Shown here: piece after piece, positions 56,307-64,000 of the stretch | Numbering within the stretch: position 1 is the first letter of the stretch | Layout of the letters: the number at the start of each line of letters is the position of its first letter | DNA from: a virus | Direction: 5' to 3' (one strand) | Virus record (IMG/VR): IMGVR_UViG_3300025009_000051 | Coordinates: 119,717 to 183,716 of that record | Length of the DNA: 64,000 bases | The notes under the pieces: generated by a model | Databases searched by the model: none | The model's input: only the letters and a program-made list of their open reading frames with translations | Told to the model about the DNA's origin: nothing | Position numbers and translations under genes: made by a program

Positions 56307-56939
56307 ATGAACATAAAAGAAATTATCACAGAAGAAGTTTCTTCTTTCTTAAAAGAAACACAAAAGAAAAAATTAAACGAATCCAGTCATTTCAATACTG
56401 TTACTATTGGTAAGGTAGAAACAGTAGATATTCATTCTGGAGATTATAAAAATGGAACTCTTGAAAATGAAAAAGTTCTTTTATTAAAATCTGGAAATCG
56501 TCATGTATTATTACTTCCTGTTAAAGATGATGCTTCAATGAAAAAAGGAACAATATTATCATTAGACGGAGGAAATGATCCAAAATTAAATAATGGTACA
56601 TGGGAGGTGATTGCAGTATTAAATGATATTAGTCAATTATATCAATTTGTAAAAGTTCCAGAAATTAAAATAATATTTCCGGATGAAGATGCTTCTTTAC
56701 CGAACGATATGATTCTTGATATATATGAATTGGTCAATACAGAAATGAGAAAATATATCAGAGATAGAATGAAGGATGAATTTGAAAAAGATTTTAAAGA
56801 AGCATTTGGTACAGAATACGAAATTGTAAAACAAGAACCTTCCAAAGAAAGAGATAAAAAAATTGGAGAATTTATAAAGAAATATTATAGACAAGCTACA
56901 AAATCTTTAAGAGATTATTATGACGAATATTTAAAATAA
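56307..56939 (+). CDS. Hypothetical protein, possible internal head protein
   Basis: MNIKEIITEE...KKLNES N-terminus. Confidence 0.7.
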   Translation: MNIKEIITEEVSSFLKETQKKKLNESSHFNTVTIGKVETVDIHSGDYKNGTLENEKVLLLKSGNRHVLLLPVKDDASMKKGTILSLDGGNDPKLNNGTWEVIAVLNDISQLYQFVKVPEIKIIFPDEDASLPNDMILDIYELVNTEMRKYIRDRMKDEFEKDFKEAFGTEYEIVKQEPSKERDKKIGEFIKKYYRQATKSLRDYYDEYLK

Positions 56940-56961
56940 ACAATTAAATTCAAAAATAAAA

Positions 56962-56993
56962 AAATCCTGTTAATTAAATTTTTAACAGGATTT
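56962..56993. terminator. Bidirectional terminator hairpin between convergent genes
   Basis: AAATCCTGTTAA/TTAACAGGATTT perfect 12-bp stem, 8-nt loop. Confidence 0.75.
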
Positions 56994-57001
56994 CGTTTTG
57001 T

Positions 57002-57220
57002 CTACTCTTTCTCTTCTTTCTTATGCACATCATAAATATTAGTCTCAGAAACTGAAACTACTCTATATTCATTAACTCCGTCTGCATATCTTTCGATAGC
57101 AATAACTTCTGCATCCGTTGGAGATTCCGCTTGTAAAATATATCGTTCTCTTGTCTTGATTACTTTACCTTTTTCGTCTTCTGTCTCATATCGAGCTCTG
57201 ACATCATAAAATTTAGCCAT
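57002..57220 (-). CDS. DUF4494-like protein (Bacteroidota family)
   Basis: FYDVRARYE..EKGKVIKTRERYILQAESPTDAE...VSVSETNIYDV. Confidence 0.7.
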   Translation of the reverse strand: MAKFYDVRARYETEDEKGKVIKTRERYILQAESPTDAEVIAIERYADGVNEYRVVSVSETNIYDVHKKEEKE

Positions 57221-57298
57221 GATTAATTTGATTTAAATTTATAAAATATTTTATAGTTAGAAGTATAAACAATTTTCTTAAAATAAACAAATAATTTT

Positions 57299-57307
57299 TA
57301 TATTTAT
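57299..57307 (+). promoter_or_regulatory. Putative late promoter TATATTTAT
   Basis: 15 nt upstream of the structural operon. Confidence 0.6.
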
Positions 57308-57322
57308 TATAAAAAGTTTATT

Positions 57323-58363
57323 ATGGTAGTTTCAATCAATCCAATAAAGGACGCAACAATTTATGAATATTATCCAACCAAAAATACTGGTACAGATCAA
57401 ATCATAGAATTATTATATGATGTAGATTATACGTCTGCAAGTAGAATATTAATGAAGTTTAATACTGCTGATATTAGTACCATAGTTTCGGGAGTAAGTA
57501 ATCCTCAATATATTTTAAGATTATATGCCTCTGAACAATATGAAATACCTGAAGATTATACAATAAAAGCTTTTCCATTATCGCAAGACTGGTCTATGGG
57601 AATAGGAAAATTTTATAATAATCCAGAAACTGAAGACGGAGTAATTTGGAATTCAACAGGAACGGTAGATTGGATAGATTCTGGATCTGCTTATACAATG
57701 GTTTATAATTATGAAACAGGCGGGGGAAGTTGGAATTCAAATTATTCTGCAAGTCTAGATTTAAATTATGAAACAAGAGATTTAGATATTGATATATCTA
57801 CAATAGTAACTGCTTGGTTATCTGGGTCAATATCAAATTATGGATTAATTGTAAAAGTAGACGATGAATATAATTTAAATCAAGATTTAGAATTAAAATA
57901 TTTTAGTAAAGATACTCATACAGTATATGAACCAAAATTATTTATAAATTATGATACTTCACAATTTACAACTGGTTCATTAGAAGCATTAGAAGATGGA
58001 GATATTTCAATAAGTATAAAGAATTTAAGGAGTTCATATTACACTGCAGACACTGTCAGATTATATGTTCATGCAAGAGAAAAATATATTCAAAGAACAT
58101 ACAGTTTAACAAATCCATATTTGACATCTAAATATTTACCAGAAACAACTTATTATTCTATAATAGATGGAAGTTCTAAAACAACAATAATTCCATTTAG
58201 TGATTATACGAAAGTAAATTTAAATGCAGACGACGCAAATTATTTTGATTTGTATATGAATAATTTTTATCCTGAAAGACATTATAAAATAATTTTTAAA
58301 GTGGTATGGAGCGATAGACAACAAATATATGATAATAATTTATATTTCAAAGTTATAGAATAA
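57323..58363 (+). CDS. Virion structural protein with a DNRLRE-like domain
   Basis: PIKDATIYE...SRILMKF...LRLYA...W..G.G...DIDISTIVTAW...NYGLIVK...YFSKDT..YEPKL. Confidence 0.7.
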   Translation: MVVSINPIKDATIYEYYPTKNTGTDQIIELLYDVDYTSASRILMKFNTADISTIVSGVSNPQYILRLYASEQYEIPEDYTIKAFPLSQDWSMGIGKFYNNPETEDGVIWNSTGTVDWIDSGSAYTMVYNYETGGGSWNSNYSASLDLNYETRDLDIDISTIVTAWLSGSISNYGLIVKVDDEYNLNQDLELKYFSKDTHTVYEPKLFINYDTSQFTTGSLEALEDGDISISIKNLRSSYYTADTVRLYVHAREKYIQRTYSLTNPYLTSKYLPETTYYSIIDGSSKTTIIPFSDYTKVNLNADDANYFDLYMNNFYPERHYKIIFKVVWSDRQQIYDNNLYFKVIE

Positions 58364-59466
58364 TGAAAAAACAAATTATAAGAAAAAATGCAATATCAAA
58401 TGAGTGGGAGCATTATGTAGAAAAAACAAATCTAAATGAAGGATATTGGTCGCCCGGTTTATCTGGAGGAGATAATCAAGAGAATTTATATAATGCATCT
58501 CAACTTCCGAGAGTAAATAAGAATGGAATGTTAATGAGTTATAATTTTTTTAATTATCATACTGAATATTTTGATATAATTAATATAGAAAAAGAAGACG
58601 AAACAGAATTTGAAGAATTAGAAGTGATATCTATGGAAAGTATGTATGGAACTCCAATTGCAAATATAAATGGACCATATGGTTCAATTATAAATATACC
58701 AATATTATTTTCAAGTGAAGGGTCCACAGGGGGCGCAACAAGCATTGCAGAATATATTTGGGATTTCGGAGACGGTGATAAAAGCAATGAAGCAAATCCA
58801 ACTCATACATATACAAAGGAAGGAATATATACTATATCGTTGCAAGTTTCAAATGAATTCGGACAATCGGATATAAATGTAACCCTCGCAGAAATATTGA
58901 TAGAAGCACCAGAAAATTATTATCCGATTGTAAATATAAATGGACCATATACAGGTAAGCACGGAGAAGTATTGTCATTTAGCAGCGAAGATTCAGAAGC
59001 AGGAACAGGATTAATTGTCAAATATAATTGGAATTTTGGTGACGGCAATACAAGTAATTTAGCAAATCCCACTCATGAATATTTATTAGATGCTTATGAG
59101 CAACAAAGAATATTTAATGTATCATTAACAATTGAAAATAATCTTGGATATTCATCTACAGAAACGACAACCACAACTATAAAATCAACTGAACTTATTC
59201 CTGTAATTACTGTCAGTACTACCGGGCCATATTCCGGTATTGTGGGCCAATCAATTAGATTTGTTGCATCTGCAGTTTCCACAGACGGAAAAATTGTGAA
59301 TACCAAATGGGAATTTGGTGACGGCAATATTGAAACAAGATATTTAATTACAAATCATGCATATACTGAACCGGGGATTTATTTGGTAAAACTCACGGTA
59401 GAAGATATTTTAGGAAATAGCGATTCTGCAAATACAACTGCAATGATAACTATTAAGAACATTTAA
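58363..59466 (+). CDS. Virion protein with three PKD (Ig-like) domains
   Basis: Three WDFGDG/WNFGDG/WEFGDG...H.Y..G.Y.V.L.V units. Confidence 0.85.
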   Translation: MKKQIIRKNAISNEWEHYVEKTNLNEGYWSPGLSGGDNQENLYNASQLPRVNKNGMLMSYNFFNYHTEYFDIINIEKEDETEFEELEVISMESMYGTPIANINGPYGSIINIPILFSSEGSTGGATSIAEYIWDFGDGDKSNEANPTHTYTKEGIYTISLQVSNEFGQSDINVTLAEILIEAPENYYPIVNINGPYTGKHGEVLSFSSEDSEAGTGLIVKYNWNFGDGNTSNLANPTHEYLLDAYEQQRIFNVSLTIENNLGYSSTETTTTTIKSTELIPVITVSTTGPYSGIVGQSIRFVASAVSTDGKIVNTKWEFGDGNIETRYLITNHAYTEPGIYLVKLTVEDILGNSDSANTTAMITIKNI

Positions 59467-59476
59467 AAAAACATAG

Positions 59477-62400
59477 ATGCAATATTTAGAATTACACATA
59501 TATGACAAAAAAGATACTTTAATATTAAGTAATCAGAATCTATCAAATTGGTATCTTAAAGATAATATAGATGAGATTACTGGAGCTGCATCTAAAAGAA
59601 TAATTTTTAATATTCATAATTATCTAAGAAATCAAAAAATAAATTCTGGTCAATATAATTTATGCTTATTTGTTAAAGAGTCTTTGTATGAAGATACATT
59701 GAATGACACTTTTAAAATTTCTTCAATAGCAAATAATAGAAATGAGTTGATTATAGAAACAAAAAACTATGATATATTTCTTTCTATATTAAATTTGCTT
59801 CAAGCTAATACAGATCAATTAATTCTGAATTTTAATAATAATGATACATTTGAAATCAATAATTGGAGCTTAACATCCGATTCAAATTTAAAAAGAATTT
59901 CAATTTCTTCAAAGGGAACAAAATATAAAATTGCAATAAAATTAAATGAAGAATTGCCGGCAAAAATATCTTTAAATTCTTTAGTTTCTATTGAAAAAAT
60001 AATATATGATAAAGTATGGCAAGATATTGGGTTTGTTCAAAAAAATAAGGAGTATGATGTAAATGTTTTAACTCGACCAAATTTTGACATTAAAATTAAT
60101 AAAAATTCTAAAGAAGAAACAACATATTTGAGTTGGGAGGATTTGGTGTCAACAAATACCGAAATTAAAAATTTATTAGAAAATAATTATTTTAGTTTTT
60201 ATGAGCAAACTGCTACATTAAATGTAGATTTTGAAGATTTTTCTAATTTTGTTTTTTATTCGAGTGCAGAACATAGATTAATTAACTTTAAATATAAAGT
60301 ACAACAAATCGAAGATTTAAATGAAAACATTTCAAATGTTTCAATATCTTCTTATCAAGAAACATATCAAAATGATATACAAGAACTATTATTAAGTTTA
60401 GATGCTTATGAAAAATTCTTATATTATGATAGTAGCAGTTTATATTCTTGGCCCAAAGACTCGAGCGGATCATTAGAACCAATAGAAGATGTAACAACCT
60501 GGTATGAAGGCATGATAGATTCAGCTATTACTTATGACGACGATAACATAGCTGCATTAAGAAAAAATATACCTGAATTCATAATGAATGATGAATATAG
60601 CAGTCAATTTTTTATTTTTATAGATTTAATTGCTCAACATTTTGATGTATTATGGTTATACATAAAACACATTGGATATTTACACAATAAGAGTGAAGGA
60701 ATAACTTCTGGATTGAGTAAAGATTTAATTTATCATATGTTAATATCTTATGGTTGGGAACCATCTCAGAACAATCAATTTGAAGATTTGTGGAAATATA
60801 TTCTTGGAACTCAAGATGAAACAGAATTAGAATTAATAGATGAAACTGATCAAGTGTTTACTGCCGAAATGTTAGATAAAGAAATTTGGAAAAGAATATT
60901 AAATAATTTGCCTTATTTATTAAAAACTAAAGGAACTAAAGAAGGAATAAGAGCTTTAATCAATTGTTACGGAATTCCAAAAACTGAGTTAGCAATTCGA
61001 GAATATGGCGGGCCAAATAAAATTAATGTTAAATCATTAAACATAATTGATAAATTTGCTTATGCAATCAAATTAACTTCAGATTCTAATATTATTGTTC
61101 CTTATTATGCTCCCGGTTCAATTGAATTTAGATTTAAATTAACAGATAAAGAAGACCAAACTTTGTTTATTCGTGAAGACGGTGGAATTGCATTGAATAC
61201 AATTAATGTAGATGATATGTATGGATATATTGAATTTGAAATTGATGCATATACTTTTACATCAGATCAAATTCCAATATATGATGAAAATTGGTGGTCG
61301 TTTTTATTGCGTTCTACCACAAATGTAGGTGAATATGAAATATTTCTTAAGAGTGCTAAATACAATAAAATAAATTATGAATATAGTGGTTCATTTGATA
61401 TTAGTGGTTCATTAGCATATTCAGAATTTATTGATACCACTCAAGATTATTATATTGGATTTGAAGGTAGAATGCAAGAATTTAGATATTGGAACACTTC
61501 GTTAAATGAAGAAGCATTTGATAACCATGTTTTATCTCCGACTTCATATAATGGAAATGCTTCAATTGCTCCTTGGGAAGAATTAATATATAGATTAACA
61601 TTAGGAACAGATACAATAAAATATAATCATTTTGAAACTACCTATATCACTTCTCAACACCCACAAGCAGGAATGACATTTGCAGATTGTATTATAGATG
61701 GAGGAGAATCTACATCTGGAAGTTATGATATTGTCGACGGTGGAGATGCAACTTCTGGAAGTTATGATGAAATAGATGGCGGAGATTCAGACGATATAAC
61801 TTGTGGAGATATAGCTAATGCATATTTTGAAAATTTTCCAAATGAATATAATTATGAAATTGTTGTTGAACAGTATGCGCATGAATGGCCAGATACCGGC
61901 GGCAATAGAAACATATCAAATAAAATAAGAATTGAAGATAATGAATTAATTACTAATTTAGATTTAAATCTTTCTGCAGAACAATCGAGTTATGATTTAG
62001 CACCAATTGACAATGCTAAAATTGGAGTATATTTTGGTCCAAATTTAGAGGTGACGCAAGATATTGCTGAATATATGGCCGGGATTAATATTGATAATTA
62101 TATTGGTACTTCCGATAATGAATATGCAACATATTATAATAGCTTAAGATTATTGAAAGAATATTATTTGCAACAATATTTTGCAAAATACAATGTGGTA
62201 GATTATTTTAGATTGATGCCATATTTTAATAATAGTTTATTTCATCATTTAGATGATATTACTCCTGCAAGATCTGTTGTATTAAGTGGATTGGTTATTG
62301 AGCCGCATATTTTAAATAGAAGTAAAATAAGACTTTTGCGTTCAAAACCTTCGGCGGACAGTTTGACATATGATATAGAATATGATTTAAAACCTACTTC

Positions 62401-62845
62401 TACTTTTGCTGGAAATGAATATTTATATAATGAAGGAACTCTTACGGCAGATGTAAATTCAAAATTATCTGGAGAGTCAATAGGGTACGATGCAGAAATA
62501 ATTTATAATCATTATTTACCATCACAATATATTAGATATAACACATATTTTGATACTTCTGGAAATCAGCAATTAATTCAAAATCCTTATTGGTATTCTG
62601 AAGGAGTTATAACAATAATTGAAAATGCAGTAGAAAGCATACATACAAAAATAGAAAATCCTTTATATGGATATATTTCTGGATCGTTAGAATTTTTGAA
62701 TGCCAGAGTACAAGATTATAAAGGAATTGGCTTCGAAAGATTGTATTATAAAGGATGCAAAATGGTAAGTTCTAATTGGAATGAGCCTTCCGATGATATG
62801 TTTGATAAATCACCAATTGTAGAATATTGGGAAAGCCAAACATAA
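59477..62845 (+). CDS. Large virion/baseplate structural protein with a LamG-like central region
   Basis: 1122 aa; LLKTKGTKEGIRALINCYG (baseplate-type motif), SIEFRF...EFRYWN, Ser/Gly-rich. Confidence 0.65.
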   Translation: MQYLELHIYDKKDTLILSNQNLSNWYLKDNIDEITGAASKRIIFNIHNYLRNQKINSGQYNLCLFVKESLYEDTLNDTFKISSIANNRNELIIETKNYDIFLSILNLLQANTDQLILNFNNNDTFEINNWSLTSDSNLKRISISSKGTKYKIAIKLNEELPAKISLNSLVSIEKIIYDKVWQDIGFVQKNKEYDVNVLTRPNFDIKINKNSKEETTYLSWEDLVSTNTEIKNLLENNYFSFYEQTATLNVDFEDFSNFVFYSSAEHRLINFKYKVQQIEDLNENISNVSISSYQETYQNDIQELLLSLDAYEKFLYYDSSSLYSWPKDSSGSLEPIEDVTTWYEGMIDSAITYDDDNIAALRKNIPEFIMNDEYSSQFFIFIDLIAQHFDVLWLYIKHIGYLHNKSEGITSGLSKDLIYHMLISYGWEPSQNNQFEDLWKYILGTQDETELELIDETDQVFTAEMLDKEIWKRILNNLPYLLKTKGTKEGIRALINCYGIPKTELAIREYGGPNKINVKSLNIIDKFAYAIKLTSDSNIIVPYYAPGSIEFRFKLTDKEDQTLFIREDGGIALNTINVDDMYGYIEFEIDAYTFTSDQIPIYDENWWSFLLRSTTNVGEYEIFLKSAKYNKINYEYSGSFDISGSLAYSEFIDTTQDYYIGFEGRMQEFRYWNTSLNEEAFDNHVLSPTSYNGNASIAPWEELIYRLTLGTDTIKYNHFETTYITSQHPQAGMTFADCIIDGGESTSGSYDIVDGGDATSGSYDEIDGGDSDDITCGDIANAYFENFPNEYNYEIVVEQYAHEWPDTGGNRNISNKIRIEDNELITNLDLNLSAEQSSYDLAPIDNAKIGVYFGPNLEVTQDIAEYMAGINIDNYIGTSDNEYATYYNSLRLLKEYYLQQYFAKYNVVDYFRLMPYFNNSLFHHLDDITPARSVVLSGLVIEPHILNRSKIRLLRSKPSADSLTYDIEYDLKPTSTFAGNEYLYNEGTLTADVNSKLSGESIGYDAEIIYNHYLPSQYIRYNTYFDTSGNQQLIQNPYWYSEGVITIIENAVESIHTKIENPLYGYISGSLEFLNARVQDYKGIGFERLYYKGCKMVSSNWNEPSDDMFDKSPIVEYWESQT
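61697..61795 (+). repeat. In-frame 39-bp tandem repeat (DGG..TSGSYD units)
   Basis: GAT/GAC starts at 61697, 61736 and 61775. Confidence 0.8.
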
Positions 62846-62859
62846 AAAAATATTTTTTT

Positions 62860-62868
62860 TATATTTAT
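62860..62868 (+). promoter_or_regulatory. Putative late promoter TATATTTAT
   Basis: 22 nt upstream of ATG 62891. Confidence 0.6.
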
Positions 62869-62890
62869 AATAAAATTAAAATAATTAAAA

Positions 62891-63526
62891 ATGGGATACC
62901 TTCAAAATACCACAATTGAAATAGATTGTATTTTAACAAATAGAGGAAAAGAATTATTATCAAAAGGTTCTGATTCTTTTAAAATTACTCAATTTGCATT
63001 AGCAGATGATGAAATAGATTATAGATTATGGAACCCAGATCATAACTTGGGAAGTGCTTATTACGGAGAAATGATAGAAAATATGCCACTTTTAGAAGCA
63101 ACTCCAAATGAAACACAAATAATGAAATATAAATTAGTTACATTATCTTCACTTTCTACTGGTACTACTTTGGTTCCGAGAGTCGATGCAGGATACACAG
63201 AAATTATTTTGTCGTCTGGACAAGAGATTGTAATTACTCCGACCACTGTAAATTCTACAGAAACTGCAAATAATGATACTGCTGGCTATACTGCTATATT
63301 AGATAATTCTGCAATCGCTACTTTAACTGCAACCGCACTAAACTCAGAAGAGACTGCTACATCTGTTACATCTGTAGGCGCAACTTCAGTTACAATGATA
63401 GGAAGTAGTTTTAAATTAACTGCAAAAAAATTATCGGAAACAGCATATGGTACTCTTACAATAGAGGGCAATGAAACAGGTGGAAGCGTTACTATTAATA
63501 TTACAGTAAATGCATATACCTCATAA
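62891..63526 (+). CDS. Virion structural protein
   Basis: MGYL...ILTNRGKELLS...ITQFALADDEIDY..W, Thr-rich Ig-like tail. Confidence 0.65.
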   Translation: MGYLQNTTIEIDCILTNRGKELLSKGSDSFKITQFALADDEIDYRLWNPDHNLGSAYYGEMIENMPLLEATPNETQIMKYKLVTLSSLSTGTTLVPRVDAGYTEIILSSGQEIVITPTTVNSTETANNDTAGYTAILDNSAIATLTATALNSEETATSVTSVGATSVTMIGSSFKLTAKKLSETAYGTLTIEGNETGGSVTINITVNAYTS

Positions 63527-63554
63527 ATATTAAAAATTAATTAAGATAAATTAT

Positions 63555-64000
63555 ATGGCAACATCTACAATATATACTCAATTTGATACTCTTGAAGATA
63601 TAGTATCAAATATAACTCAGACTGTCACAGAAGCAATGTGGACCGGAGATGAAGGAACTTTAACAGCATTTTATACTTCTTCAACTCAAGCAACTTCTGA
63701 TTATTATATTAATGTGTATGATCAAAATCCACAAATAGAAAGTGGTGCTGCAGTTCAATTTGCAGTTGCTTTTGGAGATGTAAGTGGTAGAGGTGCGGCA
63801 GAAATAAATGAAGAAGGAAACAATGTTACCTTGACAGAATCAAAGGCAGTTTATTCACAATATCGAAATTTATTATTGACTGCAACTGAAACTAATTTTT
63901 CAATAGGTGGAGAAACATATGAAAGTATTTATGTGATCAATTTTCAAAGAGAAAGATTAAAAGAACAATTAGACCCAGGAAATTGGGAATTAACAATTAC
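63555..64000 (+). CDS. Partial virion structural protein running off the right edge
   Basis: Manual translation MATSTIYTQFDTLEDIVS...QFAVAFGD..G...AVYSQYRNLLL...RERLKEQLDPGNWEL. Confidence 0.75.
   Translation, partial: MATSTIYTQFDTLEDIVSNITQTVTEAMWTGDEGTLTAFYTSSTQATSDYYINVYDQNPQIESGAAVQFAVAFGDVSGRGAAEINEEGNNVTLTESKAVYSQYRNLLLTATETNFSIGGETYESIYVINFQRERLKEQLDPGNWELTI

Noticed and set aside
58363-62845. Diversity-generating retroelement target (VR/TR) in PKD or tail genes
   Set aside because: No reverse transcriptase and no repeat pair differing only at adenines in the window
5496-63471. Many short opposite-strand or off-frame ORFs in the track (e.g. 5496, 7586, 10150, 13025, 16312, 17625, 17912, 27185, 30894, 37866, 51811, 54666, 58557, 63061)
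   Set aside because: They lie within or opposite better-supported genes, lack promoter context and look like shadow frames
1-64000. Stop-codon reassignment (as in Lak or crAss-like Bacteroidota phages)
   Set aside because: Long genes are intact in code 11 and end in TAA, TAG and TGA; the only internal stop seen is one TAA at 32023
1-64000. CRISPR array, tRNA or rRNA genes
   Set aside because: No regularly spaced repeat-spacer units, no cloverleaf with T-loop/CCA signature and no rRNA-like stretch seen by eye; a tRNAscan/CRISPR-finder run would be the formal test

Overview
Very AT-rich fragment of a large (probably jumbo) tailed myovirus genome, most likely infecting Bacteroidota. Host evidence: repeated TTTG-N19/20-TAnnTTTG promoters and DUF4494- and SiaC/DUF1987-like genes. 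The minus strand carries dense arrays of small accessory genes plus DNA/RNA metabolism genes: SNF2 helicase, single-chain type IIA topoisomerase, NAD-dependent ligase, primase, DenV, RtcB, a Prs-like + Nampt-like pair matching the NARP1 NAD-reconstitution architecture, an HD hydrolase and several proteases/ATPases. The plus strand carries scattered late/structural genes (Holliday junction resolvase, tail tube, tail/baseplate assembly chaperone, baseplate wedge, DNRLRE-, PKD- and other virion proteins), almost all preceded by a TATATTTAT motif. The most notable observations are: (1) a probable programmed frameshift (U7 run plus downstream hairpin/pseudoknot) in the chaperone gene at 49814; (2) two GC-enriched structured non-coding segments (11281-11411, 27763-27826); (3) a zinc-finger/endonuclease/methyltransferase fusion next to a solo TnpB with 3' hairpins; (4) a soluble Clp-type AAA+/M41 protease fusion; (5) late genes sharing an N-terminal capsid-targeting-like motif. 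No tRNA, rRNA or CRISPR array was seen. All family assignments come from motif recognition by eye, not database searches.
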